NCBI GenBank assembly: GCA_964016885.1 | Contig: OZ024757.1 | Location: 27,280,001 to 27,344,000 of the forward strand | Source: Eledone cirrhosa | Lineage: Eukaryota | DNA: 64,000 bases | Reading direction: 5' to 3' | Shown here: in pieces, positions 28,194 to 41,278 of the stretch | Layout: every line of letters begins with the position of its first letter | Numbering within the stretch: position 1 is the stretch's first letter | The notes under the pieces: model-generated | Seen by the model: only the letters and a program-made list of their open reading frames with translations | What the model was told of the DNA's origin: nothing | The model's database searches: none | Program-made: the position numbers and the translations under genes

Positions 28194-29062
28194 TATATAT
28201 ATATTTATATATATATATATATATATATATACAAATATGTGAGTGTATGTATGTAGTTCATATACATATGTATGCATGTATAACCTGTATATGAAAATCT
28301 AACTACAGTCATGTATTATTATACAAAATAAACTTCTATGGCACATTTCAGGGGAGAGAGAGGCACAACATTGAGTGAGTTAAACAGTTCTTAAATGGAG
28401 TTGAACTCCACACATGTATGTCAATGATTTTGTTTTCTATGTATTTACGAACAATTTACCAACACCAAAAAAGACATAGACACACACACGTGTGTATGTA
28501 TACGATCGTGTGTGTGTGTGTGTGTGTGTGTGTTACACGTGTATATGTGTGTGTGTGTGTGTGCAGTACACGTGTATGTGTGTGTGAATAAAATGTATGA
28601 TGTGTCATAGTATATAACCGTAATGATGGTGGTAGTGGTGGTGGAGGAGCTGGTAATATGTATGTGTGGATAGACAGATAGATATAAACAGACAGATTTA
28701 TATAGATATGTGTACACTGATAAGCTGATTTTGAGCGAAGGGTATAGGTAGAGAGAGATAGGAGAATTATGAAGAGAATTATGTAATATCAGGTGTGTGT
28801 GTGAGTGTGTACATGGCTGTAAGGATGGTTGGATTTATGAGAGAATTACACGCATACACATATCAAGCTTGGCTGTATGGTTAGGAAGTCGCTTCGTATC
28901 CACGTGCTTCCGTGTTCGATCCCACTGTAGTACAACCCTATGTTCTTTTTATAACTTTCTGAGAGGAAATAGGTAAACACATATTATATTGTGATTTGTC
29001 CTTTGAAACAAATGTAAACGAATAAATATTTTTTCAAGAATTTGGTTGTTTATTCTGCTACT

Positions 29063-29115
<53 letters not shown>

Positions 29116-29430
29116 CATACAAGTATGTGTATATACGTACATATGTGTGTTTATGCGTGTGATCTGTGTAAATTTGCGGTTCGTCAAAGGGAGATCGATA
29201 AAATAAGTACCAGATTGAAATATAGTATTTAGGTCGATATAATCGACATAGAACATTGAACGCAATGACACCAATATAATACATATATATAGAGAGATAT
29301 ACATAATGTAGTGATGCAACATACATATGTGTATATATATATATATACACACAATATATATATACAGAATATATAAATATATACACACACATCTTCATTG
29401 TATTGTATCCTTCTGTGTTGTTTATCAGTT

Positions 29431-29470
<40 letters not shown>

Positions 29471-29650
29471 AATCTACATCGATATATGCAATGTACATCA
29501 GATATAGACATCTGTATGATATGATCATGTCTATTTCATCTCAGGTACTCTCTTTACAGCAGTGCTTTCCAAACTTATTTTGTCGCAGAGCCCTTACACA
29601 ATTCCCCCAAAATTATGGATACCTATATTTTAGCGGCAATTATAATTTCC

Positions 29651-29684
<34 letters not shown>

Positions 29685-29818
29685 TATATATATATATATA
29701 TACATACATGCATACAGATGTATGTATCTATAGATCGTAATTTAAATAACAGTATTATATTTATATATATATACGTCTTTGTATGCATTTGTGGATTGGA
29801 ATTTAAATAGATGAATAG

Positions 29819-29863
<45 letters not shown>

Positions 29864-29904
29864 TATATATATAGGTGTCCCAAAAAAGGTATACACTTTG
29901 TGTG

Positions 29905-29944
<40 letters not shown>

Positions 29945-30104
29945 AGTGTGTGTATATGTATATATATCTAAGTGTGTATATGTATATATGGGTAGTAACA
30001 GATATATATATATATATAAACATACCCACACAAGTGTGTGTGTGTGTTATATGTATATACGTGTGTGTGTGTGTGTGTGTATAGATGGATGGATCATCAC
30101 TTAC

Positions 30105-30231
30105 CTTCAACAGTGTCAGCTAACGAGGGCTCGGCGGCGGCGGTGGCAGCAGCAACCACAGCTGCCGACGTCGGAGACGATACAGGCACCAATCCGTTCA
30201 TGGAATCCAGTTTTTCCGAATGCTGAATCAT
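30105..30231 (-). CDS. candidate first coding exon of an unidentified gene ([42 protein letters not shown], then phase-1 intron)
   Basis: GC/CpG-rich unique sequence; ATG at 30231; ends at consensus donor AAG|GTAAGT (30105/30104); lies downstream of promoter-like motifs; no domain recognised. Confidence 0.5.
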
Positions 30232-31809
30232 GATGATGATGACAACGTCGATGACGGCGGCGGCGACGACGACGATAATAATAATGATGATGGTGGTGGT
30301 GGTGGTGGTGGTGGTGGTGATGATAATAATAATGATGAAGATGTAGATAATAATGATGATGGTGGTGGTGGTGGTGCTGGTAACGTTGTTAACGACGGTA
30401 GCAACATGAACAACAACAACGGCGACAACGATTTGCAGAGGTGAAGCGTAGAATGAAGGAAGAAGATGATGATGATAATGGTGGTGGATCGAGGGTTGGA
30501 AGTGAATTTCTTGGGAATCGTCGTGGAAACGGTAACACACCCGACGGCAGACACCACGGAAGTTGGATCCAACGTTGTTTCTTAATCCTCCTCCTCTTCT
30601 TCCTTATTTTTTTTTAAATTGTAGTTGTTGTTGTTGCTGTTCAGCCACGTCTTGTATTATTGTAGTCTTCCCCTCTCTCTCTCTCTTTCTCTTCGTCTTT
30701 GAAGAAATATAAAAAAAAAAGTCTTCCTCCAATAGCAACAGAAGACACGCAGAGGACGGGAAGATCCAAAAATATATACGAAGATAATATATTTATATAC
30801 AGAGAAAGAGCGAGTATGTGAGAAAGGTATGTTTGTGTGTGTAGTAGATATGTGTATATTTTATGTATATGTGTGTGGTATTTGTGTATGTGGTACCCCC
30901 AAAATATAAAAAAGATCGTAGGGGTACTATCAAGTGATCCAAATCACCCACACCAAAACATCCAACGACTGGTGGGGTGATTGGTTTGAAGGTGGAGGTG
31001 CTAGTAGTCGTAGATGTTGTTATTTTTGTTGTTGTTGTTGTGGTGGTGGTATTGTGACGAAGGGGGCAGGGTCGGTTTGTTTATACTGCTTTCTGGTTCC
31101 ACAAAAAAACACACATACACACGTGCGCTGTCACACACACCTCACCACACCACCACACGTAGTCATAGTCACACGTACGGGCACATACATACATGCATTC
31201 GGACATACATACAAACATGCATACATACAGATAGAGCGCTTCTCATACATTGACGCATACGAACGTGCAATCATGTACCCGCACGAATTGACGACATGCA
31301 ACACGCACAATAGTATACATCATTTATATAAAATATATATTATACACACACACACACACCTCGTGTGTCAGAGAAAGAAGATGGTATTGAAGATTTGCGG
31401 TGGTAGTAGTGATGGTTGGTGGTGGAGGGGTGCCATAAGAACAGCATCCAACGTCGACGCACACAACTACGTGTAATATGTAAGATAGATATACATATAT
31501 ATATATAGAAAGATAGAGAGAGATATATATAGATAGATAGATGTGTGTATTTATATACGAATGTGAGTGTGGGGTATATATAAATATAGATATAGATATG
31601 TGTGTGTATAGAACTGTAAATATATATTATATATGTGGTGTACAATAATATGTATGTATAAACAAGTAAGTTTCCTCGTTGTATAAACGCGTATATATAT
31701 ATATATAAATATATATGTTGTGTGCTGTGTCCTTTCTCCAGAAGTGTATTATTAGTTTGCGTCCGTTACCCCCCAATCCAGAATTCTGTTCTTCTTTTAC
31801 ACCGTTGAA

Positions 31810-31900
31810 AGTTTCTGCTTGGCGATTAAAAGCCGCCCAGCAAACAACCTGTTCTCCACACTAGTGGGGAAGCTGGCCGCACTGCGCATGCGTCAATCTG
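31810..31900. promoter_or_regulatory. promoter-like GC patch with NRF1/ewg-type site
   Basis: TGCGCATGCG at 31883-31892 and GCCGCCC GC-box-like motif within a CpG-retaining region. Confidence 0.5.
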
Positions 31901-32052
31901 GATCTAGGTCACATTCACACGCACACGCATGCATGCATGTATGCATACACATACACATACACACACACATATACATACACACACACACAGAGGCGCACGC
32001 ACATACACTCTCTCTCTTTCTGACACACTCACAGAGATAAATAAACACAGAC

Positions 32053-32126
<74 letters not shown>

Positions 32127-32809
32127 TTTATATATATATATACCCGCGCATTCTGATGATTATACAATGACACTTATTCACTCTAACGTATACATACTGA
32201 TACATATAAAAGGTAGATAGGTGCATACACATATGCGTGTGTGTATGTACTACTACAATGTGACACACATACACGTGTATACATATATGCAATAGATGCA
32301 TACATCTATACATGAATACACATACAGTGAAAGCAACACATGCGTATTTACATAGTTACACCTATATATATATATGTAGAAAGAGAGGTGCGAGGTGATT
32401 TTCTAAACTCCAGATGACATAATTTTTGAAAGAGAAAATAAACACGAAATTGGAGAGAGCAATGAAAGGGGGGGATTTGTTTTCATATAGATTTTCATTT
32501 TATTTATTACTAAATAGTAACATACATATATGAATGAAACAAATCTGGCCCCGTTAAAGCCATTTCTCGATTAAATAAAGTACCCTTTATAATTGAGTAC
32601 CTTACTTTGATTGCTGTTCCTTTCCGTTCTTTAACAGAATGCCATTTTACTAAATATACGTGTATGTGTATGCATGTGTTTATGTGTGTGTGTGTGTGTG
32701 TGTGCGTGAGTATTCACCCAAATAATCTATTTCAGATTTTTTAAATAAGGTAAACTTTCGCAAATTGCTGGGTTGTGGTGTGTAGTTAAGTAAACCCAGA
32801 GTGAGTTAA

Positions 32810-33305
32810 TATCGACCAATCAGAAGCGAGATATTATTCCGTGCCGTCTCCAGCGCACTGTTATTTTGTATACAGAAGCTAGGTGATGGAGAAACGATGG
32901 AGTTGTTTAGTTTTTAGTTCTGTAGTGATTGTGATAAGGCGGCGAATTAGCAGAGTTAGAACATCGGATAAAATACTTTGCGGTATTCATTCCAGCTTTC
33001 TGTGTACTCTGAGTTCAAAACCCGCCAAGATCAACTTTGCCTTTCATCTTTCTTTCGAGGTCGATAAAAAAGTACCAGTCCAGTACTGGAGGTCGATCCT
33101 TCCTCTATATCTTTTTCTCACTTCCTTTCTATCACATACACTATCTCTCTCTCTCTCACGTACACACACCCACACACACTATCTCTCTCCTTCTCTGGAA
33201 GAAATCGGCTGTGTTCAGGGTGATTGGCTCTGTAAGGTTTTAAGATGCGCAAGGTACGCGGTATGTCACTACGGAGCCTCTACGACTATCGGGAGTTACG
33301 TGTCC
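32810..33305. promoter_or_regulatory. two oppositely oriented CCAAT boxes in CpG-rich sequence
   Basis: GACCAATCAGAAGCG at ~32814 and GTGATTGGCT at ~33220; an old SINE lies between them (32938-33097). Confidence 0.35.
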
Positions 33306-33772
33306 ACACACACATACATATATACATATATTAATTGTGATAATAGTAACAACATTTACAGTACAATAGAACACAAGAGCAATAAAAGAGGAGATGAAAT
33401 TGACAGTAGTTTTGTTATTGTTTAAACCCTAGCAGACCTATTATGAAAGGTATTTCTGTCACGACCTTTACCGTTTTCCTCAGGTAGTGTGTTCAACCAG
33501 GAACACATTATCCAACGTGTTATTCATTCTCCTTCCAGGTAAAAGTGTCGTTGATTTCGTTTAACCCCAGGCAGCTCTAATTGTGTAGAGAAATGTGATC
33601 AAATGCATACCCCCCCCCCCTCTCTCTCTATATATATTTTATTTATTTAAAGGATTGTTTAATGTTTGTTTGTTCTGTTCATCTCAATTTAGTACCATAG
33701 AACAACAATTATATTATAGACACCCTATATATCTCTATGAGTACTTAGTACTCAGAGAGATATTTACCTCAT

Positions 33773-33805
<33 letters not shown>

Positions 33806-33865
33806 TAAGTATTTCCGAAGAAAAACCAAAGGAAAAAAGAGTGCTCTATGTATAGAACAGAGCTA

Positions 33866-33999
33866 TTTAATTAGAAAGTGAACAGAGGTTATAACTTCTC
33901 TATCTGATGAACGAACTAGACGTATGTTAATATTGTCTAGGGTCCTGAAACCTTTGGTAATGGAGTAGATATATATTGTGTTGTTCACTTTCTAATTAA

Positions 34000-34000
<1 letters not shown>
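33866..34000 (+). ncRNA. type I hammerhead ribozyme (core 33898-33965) closed by a 19-bp terminal stem
   Basis: CTCTAT-CTGATGA-[CTAGAC..GTCTAG stem II]-GAAACC-TTT-GGTA-ATGGAG; flanked by TTTAATTAGAAAGTGAACA/TGTTCACTTTCTAATTAAA; (AT)n follows. Confidence 0.7.
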
Positions 34001-34097
<97 letters not shown>

Positions 34098-34703
34098 TTA
34101 TTTATTTATCTACCTACTTATCCACCTACCTACCTATCTATCTACCTACCTATCTACCTACATCCCTACCTACTTACCTACCTACCTACCTATCTACCTA
34201 CCTATCTACCTATCTACCTACCTGCCTATCTATCTACCCACCTACCTACCTATCTATCTATTCTCAGGTCTCTAATAATCGCTCCCCCCCCCCCCCCCCC
34301 ACACACTTCTATTAATTTTTCATATTGTTTTCATCCCCTCCCCGCTTATTACATTTTCCTAATCTATCTCCAGCGAAATTTTATTTTAAGTAGTAGCATT
34401 CCTTCGACAATTAATTTTCTTTAGACATTAAAAAACATTTTACATGATAAACAAAAAAAAAAAAAGAATGGAACATTACAAGAAATCTCATACGTTATAA
34501 AATAATAGGATGGGTTGAGGGTCTCAATATGTAAACTAAACGACTAATTCTGGTCTTTTTAAAAAATCAACGGAGACAACCGAGAAAAGTTACAGATTCC
34601 TCCCTCCCCTTCAACTATTATTTCGAATTCGAGAGTACCTGTTTATCTACCTATCTGTCTCTCCTTATGCATGGCTTTCTCTCTATTTATCTATCTATCT
34701 ATT

Positions 34704-35834
34704 TGTCGGAGGGCTCGGCATGCTGTGGCTAATGATGCGTAAACATGCGCTGAGGCTACAGCATCTTCAGGTATTCCTCACTGCCCAACCGGTGTGGGCA
34801 CCGTTTGTGAGACAGGCTTTCCCACAACTTGTCTCGCTGACGGAGCTGCAGTCCTGGGTCAAGCGAAGACCGAAGACGATGGGCGCCTGGCACATTGAAT
34901 GCGCCCAGGCGCTCACAGTCCTCTGTCAAGCGGGCACAGCAATCAGTGGAGACTCCACTTCGACATTCTATAGAGGATTAGTACTTTACAAGTGCGACGA
35001 CGTGCTCGGGGAGACTCTAGGCGTCGAAGACGACGAGCTCACCAGTCTGTTCGGTAGGACTTTCCGCCCGGGACCTATGGACAACTTCCAGAGGTCCCTG
35101 GCAGTGCTACCGAAGAGCTCTACTCGTTCGAGATAAGATCTACAGGCACGGACGCCCCGGCAGGGATCCTTCCAAGAGGACGTGTCCAAGATGCGAGCAG
35201 GACATTGAAACCGTCTTGCACGCAATTGTACACTGCCCGGGCGAAAGCGACCTGTAGAACTATGCAGAACAACTGCTGTCGCGTATGGGACAAATCCAGT
35301 TGACTGCCGAGTCCATAGTAAGGATCAAACCGCCAGCCTCTTTCAAAAACGAAAGAGAGGCGGTTTTCCTCTGTACAGTGGCTATGGTGAAAGATGTTAT
35401 ATGGTGGACGAGATTGAGAGGACTGAGGACAGATGCCTTTCTCTCCGGACAACAATTGATTCCCTTCTTTAAGTATCACTTTAGAAGGAGAATCAGAGTG
35501 GAGAGAGAGGCACTGCACCCCAGTAAATTTGCTGAAAGGTGGGTGAATGAAGCGAAAATGGCCCGAGTGATTGGGCCTTCTCTGTTTATAAGCCTGTAGG
35601 TTAAAGAAGAGAGCAAAAGGAAGAAGGGAACACTTGCACAACACGCTCCTGAAGTTGAGGGTTGTTCTATCGACGGGGTATTAAACAACCCATTTGTGGC
35701 GTCTCCCCCCTATTGGGGATTTCGATTGTTATAATTGTTTGTTTTACCTTTTTTTACACGACTGTATGTAAAATCCCCGGCATGTGTCTTTGTATTGTCC
35801 CCTTTTTTGTGCGCCCTTGTGGCAAATAAAGAAA
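34704..35834 (+). mobile_element. 5'-truncated Tx1/L1-clade LINE (post-RT GGLGM region, zf-RVT, 3' UTR)
   Basis: Starts GGAGGGCTCGGCATG (GGLGM); encodes CPRCEQDIETVLHAIVHC; frameshifted; TATC arrays on both sides. Confidence 0.85.
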
Positions 35835-36153
35835 TATATCTATTTGTCTGTCTCTCTCTCACCCTTTCCCTCTCACTCTCTCTCTCTCTTCATCTTTCTC
35901 TCTCTCGCTCACCCTCTGTCCCCCCCCCCCCCCTCTCGCTACCTGGGGTACCTTTCAGTTCAATGTAACGACGATGATTCGTAGGTAATTTAGCTACTAT
36001 ATTCAACAGTCAGAGCGACAGTCATCGTGGTGATGAACATGGCTGTGGTGACAGGTTACAGTGAAACGATTTTAATGTTTGATACCTGTTCCGAAATAAC
36101 GATTGCTTAATGGATAGATGTGTCGTACAGACATACAGACAGACATAGATATG

Positions 36154-36491
36154 TTTCTTTATTAGCCACAGGGGCACAAAAGAAGGGGACAAATACAAAG
36201 GGGGAAGTTTACATACAATAAAAACGTGTAAAATACTATCATAAATACAATTTAAAAATTAATCGATTTTCCCCAATAGGGGGAGACAGTTTATATGGGT
36301 AACACATACCCCCGAAAAAATGTGCAACCCTCATCTCCAGGAGTACGAAGAGTTTGTACTCCTTTCCTCTCCTCCTCCTTTTCCTCAACCTACAGACTGA
36401 TATAGAGAGAAGGCCCATTCACTCGGGCCATTCTCGCCACTTTCACCTACCTTTCATAAAACTTGCTGGGGTACAGCACCCCTCTCTCCAT
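36154..36491 (-). mobile_element. Tx1-like LINE 3' fragment
   Basis: Near-identical to 1164-1408 plus the ORF end; embedded in GATA/GACA array. Confidence 0.8.
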
Positions 36492-36681
36492 GGATAAATA
36501 GATAGATAGATAGATTGACAGGTAGACAGACAGGCAGACAGATAGATATATAGATAGATACTATGTTGTGTAAAATACAGACAGGCAGGCAGACTGACAG
36601 ATATATATATATAGAGAGAGAGAGATAGATACACAGACAGACAGATAGATAGATGAGTAGACAGACAGACCGATAGATATA

Positions 36682-37042
36682 TTTCTTTATTAGCCACAAG
36701 GGCGCACAAGAAAAGGGGACAATACAAAGACACATGCCGGGGATTTTACATACAGTCGTGTAAAAAAAATATAAAACAAACAATTATAACAATCGAAATC
36801 CCCAATTGGGGAGAGACGTCACAAAGGGGTTGTTTAATACCCCGTAGATAGAACAACCCTCAACTCCAGGAGCGTGTTGTGCAAGTGTTCCCTTCTTCCT
36901 TTTGCTCTCTTCTTTAACCTACAGGCTTATAAACAGAGAAGGCCCAATCACTGGGGCCATTTTCGCTTCATTCACCCACATTTCAGTAAATTTACTGGGG
37001 TGCAGTGCCTCTCTCTCCACTCTGATTCTCCTTCTAAAGTGA
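36682..37042 (-). mobile_element. Tx1-like LINE 3' fragment, inverted close relative of 35475-35834
   Basis: Reverse complement aligns with few differences; GACA/GATA flanks. Confidence 0.85.
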
Positions 37043-37530
37043 GACAGACAGACAGACAGACGGGCAAACAGACAAACGGACAGATATACAGACAGATCGA
37101 TAGATAGACAGACAGACAGACAGATAGATGGATAGATAGATAGACAGACGATGAGATAGATAGGAGTGAAGGGTGAGATATATCTATATGTGATGACAGA
37201 GAGGAAGTAAGGGAGTTATTAAGTGTATTGGAGACAGAGGGAGGGTGGGGAACAAAGGAAGAGATACGTCACTAAGTTTACCTGGTTTACTTCTGTAGCT
37301 TTCTATTAATTAAATCAATCAATCTATCTCTCTACTAATCTATCTAGATCTGTTTGGCATGTTATCTAAATTCCCCCCCCCCCCTCCCACTCTCTCTCTC
37401 TCTCTCACTATCACTATCTGCCTGTCTGTCTCACCCCCTCTCTCTCTCACCCTAATATAGAAATAAAATACTAATGCATATTCACAGACATGTATGTATG
37501 TAAGCATGTATGCATCTCTCTCTTTCTCTA

Positions 37531-37562
<32 letters not shown>

Positions 37563-37624
37563 CTTATATATATATATATATATGTATATTTGTTTGTATG
37601 TATATATATATATATTTATATTTA

Positions 37625-37722
37625 CAAAGTGACCCAAAAAATATATACACACTTCAACAGTATTCTAATAAATATTGCCTGTACGGGTAATCAAAGTGTG
37701 TATACATTTTTGGAACACCTTG
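37625..37722. mobile_element. decayed Tc1/mariner-type mini-MITE
   Basis: Related to 47633-47710 and 55079-55156; TA flanks. Confidence 0.6.
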
Positions 37723-37789
37723 TATATATATATATATATATCAGATTGGAGGCAGTAAAAACCAGTTAGACCATTACTTACCAGATTAC

Positions 37790-37829
<40 letters not shown>

Positions 37830-38019
37830 AAGTGTTAAAACGATCAAATTTTAGTTTAGAACATTTATTTGCTGACAATTGTTTCTTCCAGAGGGAAGTC
37901 TGGAATCAGTACTACCCTCCTTGATATTTATAGTTGTATTAAACATATATAAATATAAATATCCTTATTACTATATATATATATACTCTTTGTTCAACTC
38001 ATGTATGATAGCAATAAAT

Positions 38020-38840
38020 ACCAGAGTGTAATGTTCAACAATATCCCTAGAGGTGAATTAGCTTACAGATTTAGAAGGGCCTTAGACAAACTCAAATTAA
38101 ATGTTAAGATAGTTGAAAGCCCTAATCAGTAAAGCATACCCATTTCAAAGAAACCCAGCACTGATAGGAAATACATAGTCTGCAAAACTAGAAATGTAGT
38201 ATATAGCATAAGATGTACTGAGGGACAGACAGTGTAGGAATAAGAATATAACATACATAGGTGAAACATCCCGTAGCATAGGTGAGAGGATAAGTGAACA
38301 CTGGCAAGAACTCTAGAATGGGAAAAACTCATCAGTACTCCACCAACATGCCAAAATAGAACATAGGGGCACATTAGAGAACATAGAGATAAACATTTTA
38401 TCCACACGGAGAAAAGATGCAATGCTCAGACAAATCACAGAGGCAACAAATATAAATGAAGTCCAACCAAAATTAAACAGAAAACAAGAGTGGAATAGCA
38501 ACATCACAACCAGTAATTAAGGACAAAATGAAGACACACAGACACACACAAAAAACCAAACTAACAAAACAAATCAGACACACAGATAGAACAAACAACT
38601 AACTACTGATAAGTAAATAAACACATAAATAAATAAAAACACACACACACCTGGATGTAACACATGCGCAAACTAAGCACACAACACACAACACACAACA
38701 ACAAGATGGTGTAGGACAGAACAAAGGAGAGACACGCAAATAAAAAAAAATAATAATAACACAGTTACTGAGGAGGTCACAGAATGTGTGACGAAAGAGC
38801 TTTGACAATATATAAACAACCATCCGGTTATCGAACCAAC
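38020..38840 (+). mobile_element. decayed Penelope-like retroelement 3' end: GIY-YIG endonuclease plus pseudo-LTR
   Basis: CKTRNVVYSIRC (38181), frameshift, CRNKNITYIGETSRSIGERISEH, then HQHAKIEH...DAMLRQITEATNINEVQPKLNRKQEW; followed by a same-strand hammerhead. Confidence 0.85.
38764..38806 (+). ncRNA. minimal type I hammerhead ribozyme in Penelope pseudo-LTR
   Basis: GTTA-CTGAGGA-GGTCACA GAATG TGTGAC-GAAAG-AG-CTT-TGAC; second copy at 63510-63552 with mutated stem III. Confidence 0.7.
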
Positions 38841-38929
38841 AAGAAATTTATAATAAATTGAAATGAAAACCAACACGTGCATGTGTTTTTATTGGCAGCA
38901 AAATATAACAATATATATATATATATATC

Positions 38930-39280
38930 ATCATCATCATCATTTTACATCCGCTTTTTCCCTGCTTGCAAGGGTGGGATGGGAACTGATTCTGGCTTGA
39001 TTTCTACAGCTGGATGCCCTTCCTAACACCAACCTCATTTATAGTGAGTGCTGGGTGCTTTTTTGCCATGGCACCTCCACGACCACAGTGTGGGCTAGCT
39101 GTAGAAATGAGATGATAGGGACTGGGGTCCCTATCATCTCATTTCTACAGCTGAGTAAACTGGAGCAATGTGAAATAAAGTGTCTTGCTCAAGAAAACCA
39201 CACATCACCCGGTCTGAGAAGTGAACTCACAACCTTTCGATTGCAAGGCCAATGCTCTAACCACTAAGCCATGTGCCTCC
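38930..39280 (-). mobile_element. SINE family 2 copy
   Basis: Reverse complement of the 40578-40920 type. Confidence 0.85.
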
Positions 39281-39833
39281 ATTATATATATATATATATT
39301 TACGTATATATATATATATATATCGCATCATAGTGTTATCCTCAGTTTACGAATGTCTGTTGAATGTCGTGTGTGCCTGCATGTGTCTGATGCACCCACA
39401 CACAGACACTCAATCACACACACACAAACACTCAATCACCCACACACAGACACTCAATCACACACACACAAACACAAAAATGCATATGGTTACGTTCACA
39501 CATATGCATACATGCAAGTACTTAGCTGCTCCTACATGCATATGCTTGTACGTGAGTCTATGGACAGATATATATATATATGTGTGTGAGTGTGTGTTGT
39601 GTGTGTATGTGCATGTGTCTGCGGACATATATATATATACAGGATATCCCAAAAATGTATGCACACTTTGATTAAAATGGTGTTGAAGAGTGTATACATT
39701 TTTGGGACACGAGGAGATGACGAAGGACCGTGAGAAGTGGAGAGATGCTGTGCTGAATAGGACCCATCCAACCCTTGCAAGCAGGGAAAAGTGACGTAAA
39801 ATGATGATGATGATGATGATATATGTGTGTATG

Positions 39834-39897
<64 letters not shown>

Positions 39898-39898
39898 A

Positions 39899-39959
<61 letters not shown>

Positions 39960-40362
39960 AAGATATATATATATATATAGATATATATATAGATACATAT
40001 ATGTGTGTTTGTGTGAGTGAAAGTGTGTTTATGTGCATGCATGTGAGTGTCTGTCTGTGTGTGTGTGTGTGTATTTGTGTGTATGTGTGTGAGTATCTGT
40101 GCATGTGTGTGTGTGTGTATGAATCTCTATCTTCATATGGATATATTTGTTGTGTGAGTGGACAGATAAAATCCATCTGTTGACAACTACATATCAGGAC
40201 CTTAAATGTGTCATTCTTAAAACTGATAGAGAAACTGGGGTGGAGTGTGTGTTTGTGTGTGGTGGTGAGGGGTGTTAGTTTTCAACATTGAATGAACACA
40301 CACACATACACATGCATATAGACATATACACACTATATACATATACACACACATACACACAC

Positions 40363-40398
<36 letters not shown>

Positions 40399-40577
40399 GG
40401 TGGCTGATGTCTTCATGACCACTGTTTTCATTTTATCTGGCCTTTATAATGCATGTTAATTGCTCTGGTTTCTTCTTAGTCCATTGAGCACTTGCCAGCA
40501 TATTTCGAAGATTGTGTTTCATTTTGTTTTGGTCACTGCTGAAATACGATCTCGCTGAAATTATATTTATATATATA

Positions 40578-40920
40578 TGGAGGCACATGGCTTAGTGGTT
40601 AGAGAATTGGCCTTGCAATCGAAAGGTTGTGAGTTCAATTCTCAGACCGGGTGATGTGTTGTTTCCTTGAGCAAGACACTTTATTTCACATTGTTCCAGT
40701 TTACTCAGCTGTAGAAATGAGATGATAGGGACTGGGTTCCCTATCATACCACTGCAAAGTGGTCGTGGAGGTGCCACGGCAAAAAAGCACCCAGCACTCA
40801 CTATAAATGAGGTTGGTGTTAAGAAGGGGCATCCAGCTGTAGAAATCAAGCCAGAATCAGTTCCCGTCCCACCCTTGCAAGCAGGGAAAAGGGGACGTAA
40901 AATGAAATGATGATGATGAT
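40578..40920 (+). mobile_element. SINE family 2, apparently full-length copy
   Basis: tRNA head, CORE-like centre, tail GGGAAAAGGGGACGTAAAATG(ATG)n. Confidence 0.9.
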
Positions 40921-40944
40921 GATATATATATATATATATATAGT

Positions 40945-41278
40945 AATTATTGTTTTCTACTTTTGGCACAAGGCCAGCAATATACCAGTGTATTACTGGT
41001 ACTTTATTTTATTGACCCCCGTAAGGATGAAAAGTAAAGTTAACCTCGGCGGGATTTGAACTCAGACTATAAAGGGACGTAACTCTATGCTACAAAGTAT
41101 GGTGTCTGACCCGCTACCGATACTGCCTATCCACTGCCCTTGTAATAATTGTTTCTACTTTAGGCACAAGGCCAGCAATTACCCAGTACATTACTGGTAC
41201 TTTATTTTATCGACCCCGTAAGGATGAAAGGCAAAGGCCGTAATTATGCTAGAAAGCATGGCGTCCGACCCTCTACCG
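40945..41278 (-). mobile_element. two SINE family 1 copies in tandem
   Basis: Tail/core/box motifs. Confidence 0.85.
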
